Part shown: piece after piece, positions 33,852 to 45,184 of the stretch
Position numbering within the stretch: position 1 is the stretch's first letter
Layout: each line of letters starts with the position of its first letter
Origin: Squalus acanthias
Lineage: Eukaryota
Direction: 5' to 3'
Length of the DNA: 64,000 nucleotides
Assembly: GCA_030390025.1 (NCBI GenBank)
Contig: CM059432.1
Location: 99,946,001 to 100,010,000, forward strand
Program-made: the position numbers and the translations under genes
Notes under the pieces: generated by a model
What the model was told of the DNA's origin: nothing
Seen by the model: the letters and a program-made list of their open reading frames with translations, nothing else
The model's database searches: none

Positions 33852-36203
33852 ATGGAACGACTTCTAGTTTTGCTCGTGGCAATCGGATGTGGATTGGCCT
33901 ATCGGGGCCTCACCAAGGATGTCATGGTGTTTGGATGTTCCGGGGACACGGCCCCCATCGCGGTGGATGGGACCGGAAGACGGAAGGCAGAAGGGACCAG
34001 CACCTATTTCCACAAGGGAAGGTGGCCAGGATGGCTGGGAACGAACTCAACGGAGTATTCCAGCACATCGGGGTTCGCCTATAAAGAGACTTCTTTAATG
34101 TGCCCCAAAGTACGGATCATCGCACCCAGGATCAGCGTCACCGTCGGCAAACGGATTTGTTTGACCTGCAGTGGGAATGTCCCATTGAGCCGATGGTGGT
34201 GGCTGCGAAAGCTGAGCAAAACTATGAGGAACTCTTCGGTTGAGTGGGAGCGACTGGGTAATAATACCCATCGGACAATTACGGGGACAGATGGACAAGT
34301 GAAAGTCTGTTGGGACAAATGGTGGGAACCGGATGAGGGGATTTATGTTTGTATGTGGGGGTCAAAGTACGTTTGCCCCAAAGGCATCTCCATATTCTTT
34401 ATTAACCAGTGGCAGGATAACGGACAGGGGATGAGGTGGGATGCGAGCACCAGGGGGTGCGGAGCCCCATACTCTCCGATCCCAGTAAATGCCACTGAGC
34501 TCATTACGCGCCCACGCAAAGCCCCGCCCACGATTCCGGTAGTTCTAACTGAGGAAGAAGGGTGCCCTAAAACTAGTAAGGGACCCGGGAACGGTTTGGT
34601 ACTGGTCCCCACAGACCAGATACTATTTCAGGGAGTGCATTACGCGGTGGCCTCGGTGATTTTAAATCTCACTGAGGTACGGTTACCAGAGTGGTGCCCC
34701 AAAAAGACGGAACAGTTGTACCAGGTCCTGTTGACCAAGATGTTCAGGCAATTTTACGAGTTTGATTTTGCAGAAATTGATAAGACAAGTTTATACACCG
34801 CACCGCAGGAAGTTTTGGACCAAGTAGGGAGGCAAAGAAGGGGTTTGGTGAACGATGCGTTCACTGCTTTTAACACAGGGACATCTGTGGTCAACGCTCT
34901 AGACAGTGTGGAGCTGCAGACCCAGATTAATGGTTTAAAAACACAGTTAAAGGATATTCTTACAGATGAGAATAAAGTGGTAGGGTCGGGTCTGCACGAG
35001 GACCAAGCCATGACACTCCACTTAAAGGAAATCATAGCAGAGCTGGAGAAACATGCGCGTACGGTAAATGCCCTGATTAGGGAAGATCGGAATGCATCCG
35101 ATCAAGCTGCGCAGAACGAGGTGTGCGTGCTTTACGGGGCGTGGTTACTGGGCGAGGGCCGCAGTAATTTGGAGGATTTAAAACAAGGTTTGGTTCCGTC
35201 CTGGATAAGTAACAAACACCTGCGGGCGCTCCACCCTTTTCAGAACGCATTAAGTCCGTGCCAGCTCAGGCTAGCTTCAGAAGCTTACCCAGTCCCCGTG
35301 GACTGCGGACGTTCAAACCATACTATTATGGGAATAGTATTACGCATGCCGGTTTTGGGCAACACAGCAAAGCCCGCCCCGGTGTATCGGGTAGAGAACG
35401 TTGGTGTCATTCAGGGGGGAGCCCACATTCGTTATGCAGCGGTTCCACCTTACGTCATCCGCTGGGAGCAAACGATGACAGGTACAGATCTCTCTGGTTG
35501 TCGTGGCAGGGGAGCACACATAATACTGTGCCCCCAGCACTTGAATGCCTTTTTAACACCACAGTGCGGGTTCAGAACGGCTGGCGCCAAGTCCATGAAT
35601 TGCACCATGGAGGCAATGGCACAAGATCATGTGCCTCCGCAGGTAGCATACATCGGGGGTGGAACATATTGTGTTACCACTGCAGCGCAACACTACCAGC
35701 ATGGAAACCGTAGCCGGTGTCCGGTGAGTGACAGCAGTTTCTGTTTTAAACCCAGGGCTGAAGTTCAAGTAGCACAACAGCGAATTATCCCAATCCCTGA
35801 ACCATCCACTGTTCATCTCACAGTAAAAGAGAATTTTACCGACTTGCAGCGATTTGTCGCACATTTTGGGTACCTCATTCCCCCTCTCCCTGAGCATTTA
35901 ACCAAACTTCTGAAAGCCGTCGCGGTTTCACAGAAGCATTTTTATACGTTAGAGCAGAAAACTGTCGAGATAGGTACAGACATTTTGGACATAGTGGTTC
36001 CACCGTGGTGGAATCTGTTCACGAATATTGAAGTGCCCTCATGGGTCAGAATAGCCTCCCACATTTTAGTCGTCTGTCAAGTGTTTATTGTAGTATACCT
36101 TTTGTTCATACATTGTAAAAGAGACAAGCGCCTCACCAAGCATGAGAACACGGGAGAGTGGCGAGAACGTTACGTGCGCGTGCACGATGAGAGCGCAGTG
36201 TAA
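33852..36203 (+). CDS. env: Envelope glycoprotein (783 aa): signal peptide, Ig-like domain, F-type fusion protein, TM anchor
   Basis: MERLLVLLVAIGCGLA signal; C106/W116/DEGIYVC167 Ig motif; furin site RQRR (34830-34841) followed by hydrophobic GLVNDAFTAF and heptad repeat; Cys-rich region; TM ILVVCQVFIVVYLLFI; 28-aa tail with YVRV. Confidence 0.93.
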   Translation: MERLLVLLVAIGCGLAYRGLTKDVMVFGCSGDTAPIAVDGTGRRKAEGTSTYFHKGRWPGWLGTNSTEYSSTSGFAYKETSLMCPKVRIIAPRISVTVGKRICLTCSGNVPLSRWWWLRKLSKTMRNSSVEWERLGNNTHRTITGTDGQVKVCWDKWWEPDEGIYVCMWGSKYVCPKGISIFFINQWQDNGQGMRWDASTRGCGAPYSPIPVNATELITRPRKAPPTIPVVLTEEEGCPKTSKGPGNGLVLVPTDQILFQGVHYAVASVILNLTEVRLPEWCPKKTEQLYQVLLTKMFRQFYEFDFAEIDKTSLYTAPQEVLDQVGRQRRGLVNDAFTAFNTGTSVVNALDSVELQTQINGLKTQLKDILTDENKVVGSGLHEDQAMTLHLKEIIAELEKHARTVNALIREDRNASDQAAQNEVCVLYGAWLLGEGRSNLEDLKQGLVPSWISNKHLRALHPFQNALSPCQLRLASEAYPVPVDCGRSNHTIMGIVLRMPVLGNTAKPAPVYRVENVGVIQGGAHIRYAAVPPYVIRWEQTMTGTDLSGCRGRGAHIILCPQHLNAFLTPQCGFRTAGAKSMNCTMEAMAQDHVPPQVAYIGGGTYCVTTAAQHYQHGNRSRCPVSDSSFCFKPRAEVQVAQQRIIPIPEPSTVHLTVKENFTDLQRFVAHFGYLIPPLPEHLTKLLKAVAVSQKHFYTLEQKTVEIGTDILDIVVPPWWNLFTNIEVPSWVRIASHILVVCQVFIVVYLLFIHCKRDKRLTKHENTGEWRERYVRVHDESAV

Positions 36204-36615
36204 TGGGAAAATGGCGTCACTCCCGCTCGCCACGTGCGCCGCGGAAGTTTGTACTCATTGTAAATACGTTGGAAACTCGACATGTTTAAGAGTCGGGATT
36301 TGTTTATTTTGGTGATGGTGTTGATTGTTTGGTTTTTGGGTTTTGTTTTTCCTTCCCTTGAATAAAAGACAAATATACAGGTGATGCGTGAGGTATCGGC
36401 CTGGTTACGCCGGGAAGGAAAACAAATGGTGTAAGTTTAAGGGCAAATGATGCCTACGGTGATATAAAATGTGATTTTTCTTGGGAAATGAGGACGACAC
36501 AGAGACCCTAGTGAAGTTAAAATTTATGGGATTAATTTACTGGATTCGGAGTGAAATCGAGATAAGATTGCTCACCACTGAGATTTTTGATACGATAAGC
36601 GGAGTTATTCGCATC

Positions 36616-36626
36616 AACAGGAGGGA
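36616..36626 (+). other. Polypurine tract
   Basis: AACAGGAGGGA, one base before the 3' LTR TG. Confidence 0.75.
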
Positions 36627-36627
36627 C

Positions 36628-38227
36628 TGTAGAATTCGCAATTATCGCGATTTCATTTTAATAAGGAGAAAACACAAAGTTTCGTTCAAAACAGCTTTTA
36701 TTTCAGCGGAATGCTGTCAGGTTTAAATTGGACACAAGCAGCCTGTAAAATGGCCGCCGCACCGCGTGACAGAACATTCTAGACTTTTCAGCAGGCAGAC
36801 AAGATGGCGTTCCAATAAACATTTTTGCAAGATCGATAACGATTCAGCACAGTGAAGACAATACACAGGACATTATGGGTTTACAGTATAAACATCGATA
36901 CTGGAATCGGTCTCCCAGGTACAAAGGAAAGCCATCAAGGGCCCATCCAAAGGACATTAATATGTAAACTCCCAACGGCTCTACGATGAGAGAGCCGTTA
37001 GCAGGTAGTTATACAGGACACTTGGAAGCCCCAAACCCCTCCAGGGGGAACACCGACCGATTTAACAATGGGAGAAATATTAACAGGTACTCAAACATTC
37101 AGGAGTAGCCCCGAAACCCATTAAGGACAGAGATCACCCATACAGGACATTTTGGGCGCCAAACCTTAAACAAAAGAATGGACATTGTAGTTGGGCGGGA
37201 AACGGAAGAACTGTGCACTATAATTGCAGGCCCCAAACCGTCCATTCTCTCTCTGGCCTCTTGCTCTTGCTCTTGCCTCGTGTTCTTGACTCTTGCCGCT
37301 TGTTGCTGTTATCATCGTGGCTGCTCCTGTGTAAAAGACTGTTGCAAAGACCTATGTTGGTAGCTGGCAGCGGAACCGAAGGCCCGGGATGAGATGAGAT
37401 GAGATGAGATGAGAGGAGAAGAGAAGAAGACCTTATCCATCGCCACGGTCAGTAGATCCCGACCGCGCCTGTAGGTCGATCAGCCAAGTCTTCTCGACAG
37501 GAAGTTTTCTTCTTTAACAAGACATATTGCATCAATGATAACTGGACTGTGTAAACACATCGTATCAGTGATATTGACAACGGTGCTCCACGATTAAACT
37601 TTGAAGCCCACCAACAGAGGTCTTCACCACAGCGGACGGTCCAGCCGACTAGCCGAGCAGCAGAAGCAGTAAACAAGTGGGACCAGGAGATCTCCTGACC
37701 AACACGTGGGTGCTGCGGTGAAAAACATCCGATCAGCTATTCGGGATTTCTCCGAGTTATTACGAGTGGTGAGCATGAGTCTCGAGATCCTACGAAGCTA
37801 GTTTTAGGATAGATATTGATAGGGGAGGGTTTAAAGATTAAGGATATTTGTAATGTGTGCCCTATTTACGTTGTGCTGGTCGTTCCTCGTTTCCCTAAGA
37901 GTGATTATAACCGTTTGTAAGATTGTACTGTCATTAATCTGTGCATATGACATGTATTTCATAATTTTAAGTATCATGCAATAAAGATTTTCCATTTCGT
38001 ACCGTTCAAACCAAGTCTACATGAGTTTTATCTCCATTACTGCTCTCGCATCTAAGTCCAGTGTCTAGAACCGTAAGGGAGAGTGATTCGAACCACTCAC
38101 AGGGGTGTCTAGTGTTCCCAGACTGGCTGGAGACCAGGCCTAGACCCGCACTGACATACAGGCTGCACAGAGCCGCGTGAATCTCACAGGCTACGAGACA
38201 CGCAGGGTCAGGAGAGAATCCCTTACA
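36628..38227 (+). repeat. 3' LTR (1600 bp), with candidate poly(A) signal AATAAA at 37980-37985
   Basis: Direct repeat of 5' LTR; ends CTTACA followed by TSD CCCG. Confidence 0.97.
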
Positions 38228-39694
38228 CCCGTTCGGGACAGCAATGGTAAGGTCATCAGCTTTCTCTCCTCTCTCATTCCACTTGTCCCTCACAACACTA
38301 GCCTTTGACACTTTCAATCCATCTTATTAAATCGCACCACTCCTTCCTCCCTTACTGCCCCCCTGTCCTCACGCTAAAGTCACTCTTGTACCTCCCTGCT
38401 TTCAGTTGGTCATTCACCAACTGAGGAGACGGGCCCTCAAGCTGCCAGTGGGATCGAAGCCACAGGCGAGGAGGAAGAGGAAGCTGGAGCATCAGCGCCA
38501 CCCTCTCCCGAGGAAGCCCATGCCCACACTGGGAACACGTCTTCCCTGGAGGGGAGCAGGGGGGAAGAGTCTGATGAGGGTGAAGCTCCGGGACCCAGCA
38601 GGCTGCAGCAACATGATGGGGGTAGGGAAGTTTCGGGGCCTTCTCCCCGGACGGAGAGTAGGCCAGCGAGTCCTGCTGCACTGGACACAGAGGAGGAGCG
38701 GCTCATCGCTAAAATGAACACCCAGGCGGTGGACATGCACACTCAGCTCATGGGTGCAGTGGGAAGGGTGCCCGAAAGCATTGATGCACTGGCAAGGAGT
38801 GTGGAGCACTTCGCTGTAGCACAGGCGGATGCCACGCAAATGCTTAGTGCTGCAATTCAGTCACTGACTGCCGTGATCTAATCTCAGACTGGTCTCATGC
38901 AGACTCAGATTGAGGCCACACAAGCACTGACTGCTGCCATCGTCGCTGGTTTGGCCACATTGCCCCGGGGCTCTCACCGCGCCGCAGCAGGCCAGCAATC
39001 TGTGCTTCAGCAGATTGCTCCGGATGCTGAGGTGCTGCCCCGTGGGAGTGCCAGTGTGTCAGTCGAGCAGGGAGTTGCTGTCGTCTCTCAAGATGACAGC
39101 ATTCCTGCTGCCACCACTGTCACTTCCCCATTGCACTTGCCACCGCCTGTAGCCCAGACTGCTGCCGCCCATGCAGAGTTGGTGCAGTCTGCAGCCGGGC
39201 CCTCCAGGCCCAGAGCTGGTCGAGGGCGTCCTTCAAGGGCATCTGTAGTCTCAGGATCTGACATTCAGCAGCCTTCCACCAGCCTAGCTGCAGCCACTGG
39301 GGCCCCATTATGGAGGAGCAGTAGGGTGGGAAGGGGGCAAGTGGGCAAGGGAAGGAGATCACCCTCGAAGGGCAAAAAGTAGGAGGTCTCAGGAAATGTT
39401 GGGAATGTTTTTATTAAAGGCCGAGGTTCATGTGATAACTTTTGTTTAGTGTTTTGGCCATTATCTCCAGGTTGTGAGAACCAGTTATGTTAATGAATGA
39501 TTTTTTGTGTTTGTTTCTATTAGTTTGTCATGAATAAATGACACACACAGAGTTTGTAAAATAAAAAAGTTGTTGTATTCAAAATGTACATGTTTGGCCT
39601 TTGGAATCATTGCTGCCTTGGCCGGCTATAGGGGTTGCGGGTTGCTTTCCATCATGTTGTTCTCCATGCCAGAAGCCATTTCCTGAGAAGGGAC

Positions 39695-40805
39695 CTAGAA
39701 GCTGCTTGTTATCAGTCGTTGACGGACGGCCCTTGCAGTTTCAACATTGTGGGCCTCCCTCCCGCCTTGGTGCTGCTGCTGATCATCCTCCTCCTCGTCC
39801 TCCTCCTCTTCCTCCTCCTCCTCCTCCGGTGGTGCACCAAGAATTGGTGGCATTGGCTGGGTCCTGAGGATTGCCAGGTTATGAAGAATGCAGCAAACAA
39901 CTATGAAGAGGGAGACTCGCTCAGGCAAGTACTGCAGGGCTCCTCCTGAGTGGTCCAGACAGCGGAACCATTGCTTGAGCACACTGATCGTCTGCTCAAT
40001 GATGTTCCTGGTGGCGAGATGGCTCTCATTGTACCGCAGCTCAGCAGGAGTGTTGGGGTTACGGAGCAGTGTCATCAGCCAGGTGCAGAGTGGATTACCC
40101 TTGTCCCTGAGGAGCCAACCATTTGGCTGATGTGGTGCCTGGAAAAGTTCTGGCACACCAGTCTGGCGCAGGATGAAAGCATCGTGGCTGCTGCCAGGAT
40201 AGCGGGCATTGACAGCGAGTATCAGCTGTCTGTGGTCACACAGACCAACTGGACGTTTAAGGAGTGGAACCCCTTGCGGTTTCGGAAAACCTCCGCATTC
40301 TCATGTGGTGCCTGCAATGCCACATGCGTGCAGTCAATGGCGCCCTGCACCATGGGGAAGCCCGCTATCCTCGCAAAGCCCAATGCGCGTTCATGTTGTT
40401 TGGCCCGGGTCATCGGGACAGAGATGTACTGGCGTCTCCTTTTATAGAGGGTATTTGTGACCTCCCAGATAAAGCAATGGACTGCGAACTGGGAGATATT
40501 GGCGATGTCCCCAGTAGCTGCTTGAAAGGAGCTGGTGGCATAAAAATTCAGAGCCACTGTGACCTTCACTGCCACCGACAGAGACGTCCTGGTCCTCAGT
40601 TGAGGCTACAGATCTGGCTGCAGCAGGTGGCAGAGCTCAGTGACCACCTCCTTGCTGAAGCGCAGCCTGCGCAAACACTGCTCCTCAGACAAATGAATAT
40701 AGGAGAATTGTTCCCTCTGGCCATGTTTGCCACTCTCTCTCTGCGTCTCTGATGCCTCCGATTCTGCAGGCGCAGGATGACGCCCTGAATCAGTGCAGCC
40801 CCCAT
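39695..40805 (-). pseudogene. Harbinger DDE transposase (HARBI1-like), frameshifted
   Basis: Fragments [82 protein letters not shown]. Confidence 0.9.
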
Positions 40806-42160
40806 TATCTCTTGACAATCGAAGTAATGAAGGTCAAATCCAAAAGAACCTGCAAAGTGCGGCTCAGTAGCCAAAATTACTTCACACAGCGTTGACTCTC
40901 TGCAGAAGTCTCTCTCTCTCTCTCTCAGAATCTCTCTCTGTCAGAATGAGTGGTGCAAAAATGCCTCTCACAAAAAAAGGCAGGAAGAGGCCGCCTTTAA
41001 ATAGCACTCCAGCCCCCCCGGCCCCTCACCGACTGGGAAACGTTCCAGTCTCCCTGTCGTTGCTTGCGACAGGCAGAAAGGAAGGGAGCGCCACTCAATA
41101 TCCGGTCCGGGGCGCCACCGGGGCATTGCACGCTTGACTGACGTTACGATCTGCGGGCGCAGGAGATCTGGGCAGTAGAGTTTAGCGCCACCGCAAAAAC
41201 TCTGGTCAATTTCGCGAGCGGCACAAACATCGCCACGCCCGGGCGTTAGTTGCATTGCGCCACATTAGCGCCCTCTTAGGGTGCTAACGGAGGCGCTAAG
41301 CAACCAAATTTTTCCCCCCATATCTTTCTCTTCCTTTTTCTCTCATTTACTCGTCTAGTTTGGTTTTGAAACATCTAAGCTATTTGCTTCAAGTACTTCC
41401 TGTGGTAGCGAGTTCCTCATTCTAACCACTCTCTGATTAAAGAAATTTTTCCTTTTTTCCCTATTGGATTTATTAGTAACTATCTTGCATTTATGGCCCC
41501 TAATTTTGGATTCTCCCACAGGAAGAAACATTCTCTCCACACCTACCTGTCCAACCCATTCATAATTTTAAAGACCTCTATCAGGTCATCTCTAAGCCTT
41601 CTCTTTTCTAAAGAAAAAAAGCCCCAACCTGTTCAATCTTTCCCAATAGCTGTAATCTCTTAATTCTGGTACCTTCCTTGTAAATCTTTTTTGCACTTTC
41701 TCCAGTGCTTCTATGTCCTTTTTATACACAAAGACCAGCTCTGTGCACAGCAAGTGCGGTCTGATTAGGGTGCTATACAAGTTTACCATTACTTCTCTAC
41801 TTTTGAATTCTACACCCATAGAAATAATTCCCAGTGCTTTGTTAGCATTTTTAATTGCTTTGCTAACCTGCGATGCTACTTTTAATGATGTGTTCACCTA
41901 TATTCCTAGATCCCTTTGCTCTTCTACCTCATTCATTTTCTTATTTTCTAAAGTGTAGGTGATGTTTCTGTTTTTCCTACCAAAGTGCAACACCTCACAT
42001 TTATCTACGTTAAAGTTGATTTGCCACTTAACTGTCCAGTCTGCAAGTTTTCTAATGTCTTCTTGTATTATGTTGCATTCTTCCTCTCAGTATTAGCTAT
42101 GCCCTGCAATTTGGTATCATCTGCAAATTGTGATATTGGGTTACTTGTTCCTAATTCCAA

Positions 42161-45100
42161 GGCTGGGAAATTGGACCTGTTTGCGCCGACCGTTAAGGCC
42201 AGTCTCGCTTCCGTCCATTTTGGGCAGGTCGGCAACACTGCCGTTGCCTGCGTTCACTCCAGACATTCAGATGAGCCAGATCGTGACGTCAATTGGCGTA
42301 AAACACTGAATTGATGAACGATCTGGTATTTTGGACGTTGCTGCTCCTATTAACGCACTCTCCAAAGCATGCACGACAGAACGTGAGTGCAGCAGTACAA
42401 CGGATCCTCTACCAGCGCTTCTTAAAGGGACAGACAACTTTCAGGTCAGTTTAGAATTTTGTTTTTTGTACTGGTTACTTTACATTTTATTGGAGTAGTG
42501 GCTTGTTGTAATACATTTAAAACATTGTTAAAGTGCGAAGGGAGTGCAGGGAGTGCTGTTGGATGTTTGCAAGGCTTTGGCTCTTAAAGGAAGGCTTCTG
42601 AGCACATCACTTACTCCTAGTCCTGGGGGTTCAAGTCACAGTCCCCCTTGGGCTGCAGCATGATATGGAGATGGAGCAGAGGCAGCAAAGGGGACAAGCT
42701 GCTTGCAGAGGGAGGAGGAGCAGGAAAGCAGAAGAGGAAAAAGCAGAAGAGGGAAAAGCAGAAGAAGAAGAAGTAGAAGAGGAGGAAGCAGAAGAGGAGG
42801 ACGCAGAAGGAAGGAGGTAATCCAGACAGCCCCTTTCTGGCCAGGATATCCGGGATGGAATCATCCACCTGCGGTACCAGTGAACACAATCCCAATTCCC
42901 CTTTCAACATTTGTCCCACACCTTACCTTCCCTCTGTTACTGACCATCACAGCGTCCTGTTGGCCACAATACTGAAATAAAAGCCACCACAAAGCAAACT
43001 TTCCAATCTAACTTTATCCACATATGCATCCGATATTACATCAAAAAATCAATTAATTCCCTTAGTACTGTCTTGCGTGTGCCTTTGCCTATCCTACTGA
43101 TGTCACGCAGTGCTACCCCAGTGGCTGCAGCATGGCTGGTGGAAGGCTGCTGACTTTCCAGTGGGGGACACTGCAGATGGCCTTGCTGGTTGACCTTGAG
43201 GAGCTGGTGGCTGGGAGTGTGAAATCGCGTGATGGTGTTTCTTCTTCTTCACTCTCCTCTCCCTCTTCTTAGTCAACCACTGGCTGGGCAGGCTGCATTT
43301 CTTGGGTGTGTGAAATAAGGAAGGCACAAGGGTAGGATTGTGGTGAGGGGAGGGGGGTAAAGCAAGAGGTGCATGCTTACACCATGTGCAGCGGAGGGGG
43401 GAGAGAGAGGGGATCGGAGGAGGGAGAGGGAGGGAATCAGAGCGGGGAGAGAGAGGAGGGGGAGAGAGAGGAGATGGAGAGAGAGAGAGAGAGGAGAACG
43501 CAGGGGGGAGAGAGAGGGGAGAGAGTGGGGAGATAGAGGAGAGGGAAGAGAGAGGAGGGGAGAGAGAGGAGGAAGAGAGAGGGATCAGAGGGGGATTGGA
43601 GGGGGAGGGGGATCGGAAGGGGGAGAGAGTGGGGAGATAGAGGAAAGGGGAGAGAGAGGGGAAGAGAGAGGAAGGGAGAGAGAGGAGGAAGAGAGAGGGG
43701 ATCGGAGGGGGGAGGGGGGAGGGGGGATTAGAGGGGGGAGAGAGAGGGGATTGGAGGAGGAGAGAGGGGGAGAGAGAGGAGCGGGGAGAGAGAATGGGGA
43801 GATAGAGGGGGAGAGAGAGGAGGGGGAGAGAGAGCATCGGAGGGGAGAAAGAGAAGGAATTGGAGGGGGGAGAGAGAGGGGATTGGAGGGGAGAGAGAGG
43901 AGGGGGAGAGAAAGAGGGTATCAGAGAGGGGAATTGGAGGAGGGAGAGATAGGGAATTGGTGGGGGAGAGAGAGGGGATCAGAGGTGGGAGAGAAAGGGA
44001 GAGAGAGGAGAGGGAGAGAGGATCGGAAGGGAGGGGAGGTCAGGAACTCTGGGGGAGAGAGAAGGTCAGGACTCGAGGGGGTATGGCAAAGAGCACAGAG
44101 AGCACAGTGGGGATGGGGGAAGAACGTGATTCAGGTCTAAAGGGAGGGGAATGAGAGTGAGGGCATGATCCAGATGGTAAGACGGATCACATTCTTTACA
44201 CACCGCACCACATTCTTCCTCTCCTCCCCCTAGACCTGGTTGATTTCTCGGAAAGCTCGGTGCGTGTATGGCAAGGGACATTCGAAAGTCATGACACTGT
44301 CACTATTCACTTCATACCCAATAACCCTTTTAACAATCCGTGACCCTCACACAATGCCCCATCTATGGGGTGAGGGGTGGGGAGGAAGGTCAGGAACTTG
44401 GGGGGTGGGGCCAGGAACTTGCTTAGGGGGTGGGAGAAGGTCTTAACCCGCAAGGGTGGGTCCTGTCTGTTCCAAATGAGTTTTGTTCTGTCTGGAGTAG
44501 GCAGTCAGAATGGCTCGAATTACACTTTGCAAAGTAATTGATTACATAGGCAGGGAGGATCTAATTACACATTCCAGAGAAACTTCTGGGTGTGTCTTGT
44601 CCTCCAAGGGGACCAATCAGCAATCAGATCTTGTCATCCAATGGGACCAATCAGAACTTTGGTGTTGCAAATACACACGACCTTTTAAATCAGAAGAGAT
44701 TTTGGAATGAGGGGGAAGTGGGATATGAGAAGGAGGATAACATATGAGGATACTGGCATCTTGTATTCTTTCAGCCCCACCGCTGGCCAAGGGCTCAGCC
44801 ATGTCCCGGCCAAGAATGGCCAACACTGTCTCCTCCAAGGGGGTGAGGTGAAGCTAGGAATGTGAAGTGTGCCTCATGTTTGTTGGTACAGATTGTTGGT
44901 AGGTGAGTGATAGGAAGGGGTGGTGGTGCGGGGGCTGTGCATTGAGCAGTGTGTGTGGCTAGTGGTGCAGTTGATAGGAGACGGCTTTTGAAGATGCATT
45001 CATTGACCTTGACCACTCGTCTGAAGTCATGAAGCTTCTTTGGGCACTGGAGCCAGGTTCTGTGGGTGACACTACTGGCAGTGACCGCCTCTGAGATCTG

Positions 45101-45170
45101 GTCCCACATCCTTTCTGGAGGGTCTCCTGGCCCCCAGTGGGTAGAGGACATCTCTTTCAGTTTTGACCCC
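42161..45170. mobile_element. Second, internally deleted Harbinger (transposase ends on +, Myb/SANT remnants on -)
   Basis: Left end GGCTGGGAAATT; acidic GAA/GAG-rich transposase C-terminus ~42700-42880; Myb motif WDQISEAV...RTWLQCPKKLHDF at 44795-45178 (-). Confidence 0.7.
43392..44690 (-). mobile_element. Unclassified dispersed repeat (copy 2, inverted) with expanded GA-rich tract
   Basis: Reverse-complement match to 8310-9690 unique blocks; GA-rich low-complexity tract ~43392-44040. Confidence 0.7.
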
Positions 45171-45184
45171 CTGCACAAAGCTCA

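Larger units (their letters stand above)
25650..38227 (+). mobile_element. Full-length env-bearing endogenous retrovirus (lokiretrovirus-like provirus), LTR-gag-pol-env-LTR
   Basis: Paired 1600-bp LTRs, TSD CCCG (25646-25649, 38228-38231), PBS, PPT, gag/pol/env ORFs with intact motifs; family assignment is inference from tether+RNase H pol and F-type env. Confidence 0.95.
25035..39382 (+). pseudogene. Harbinger Myb/SANT-like DNA-binding protein gene (exons 25035-25271, 25502-25649 + 38232-38246, 38406-39382), disrupted by the provirus and an in-frame TAA at 38879
   Basis: RF...LEVMV...W.EVA......RT..QCRKKFNDL then AKLSHN...RTGGG motif; GT-AG introns (AGG|GTGAGT 25272, TTGCAG|25502, G|GTAAGG 38247, TTTCAG|38406) keep the frame. 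Confidence 0.85.
24678..41318. mobile_element. PIF/Harbinger DNA transposon (~4.06 kb without the provirus) with convergent Myb/SANT and DDE transposase genes
   Basis: TIRs GGGGGAGAAATT / AATTTTTCCCCC; flanks CAA/CAT (3-bp TSD with one mismatch); both canonical Harbinger genes inside. Confidence 0.9.
24563..42160 (-). mobile_element. CR1 3' portion (24563-24677 + 41319-42160) split by the Harbinger insertion
   Basis: CR1 3'UTR at 24563-24677 resumes at 41319; ORF2 motifs (SLKVASQV...KKDIEALEKVQKRFT, RGHKCKIV) at 41355-41897. Confidence 0.8.

Noticed and set aside
36481..36726. 81-aa ORF spanning PPT and 3' LTR as a nef/sag-like accessory gene
   Set aside because: Starts at TTG, no recognisable motif; cannot be supported without conservation data
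39695..40805. Domesticated host HARBI1/NAIF1 genes
   Set aside because: Enclosed by TIRs, multiple stops/frameshifts, several diverged copies in the window; transposon pseudogenes
43103..44154. Long ORFs of 244 and 255 aa
   Set aside because: Translations of a GA/CT low-complexity tract that lacks stop codons by composition
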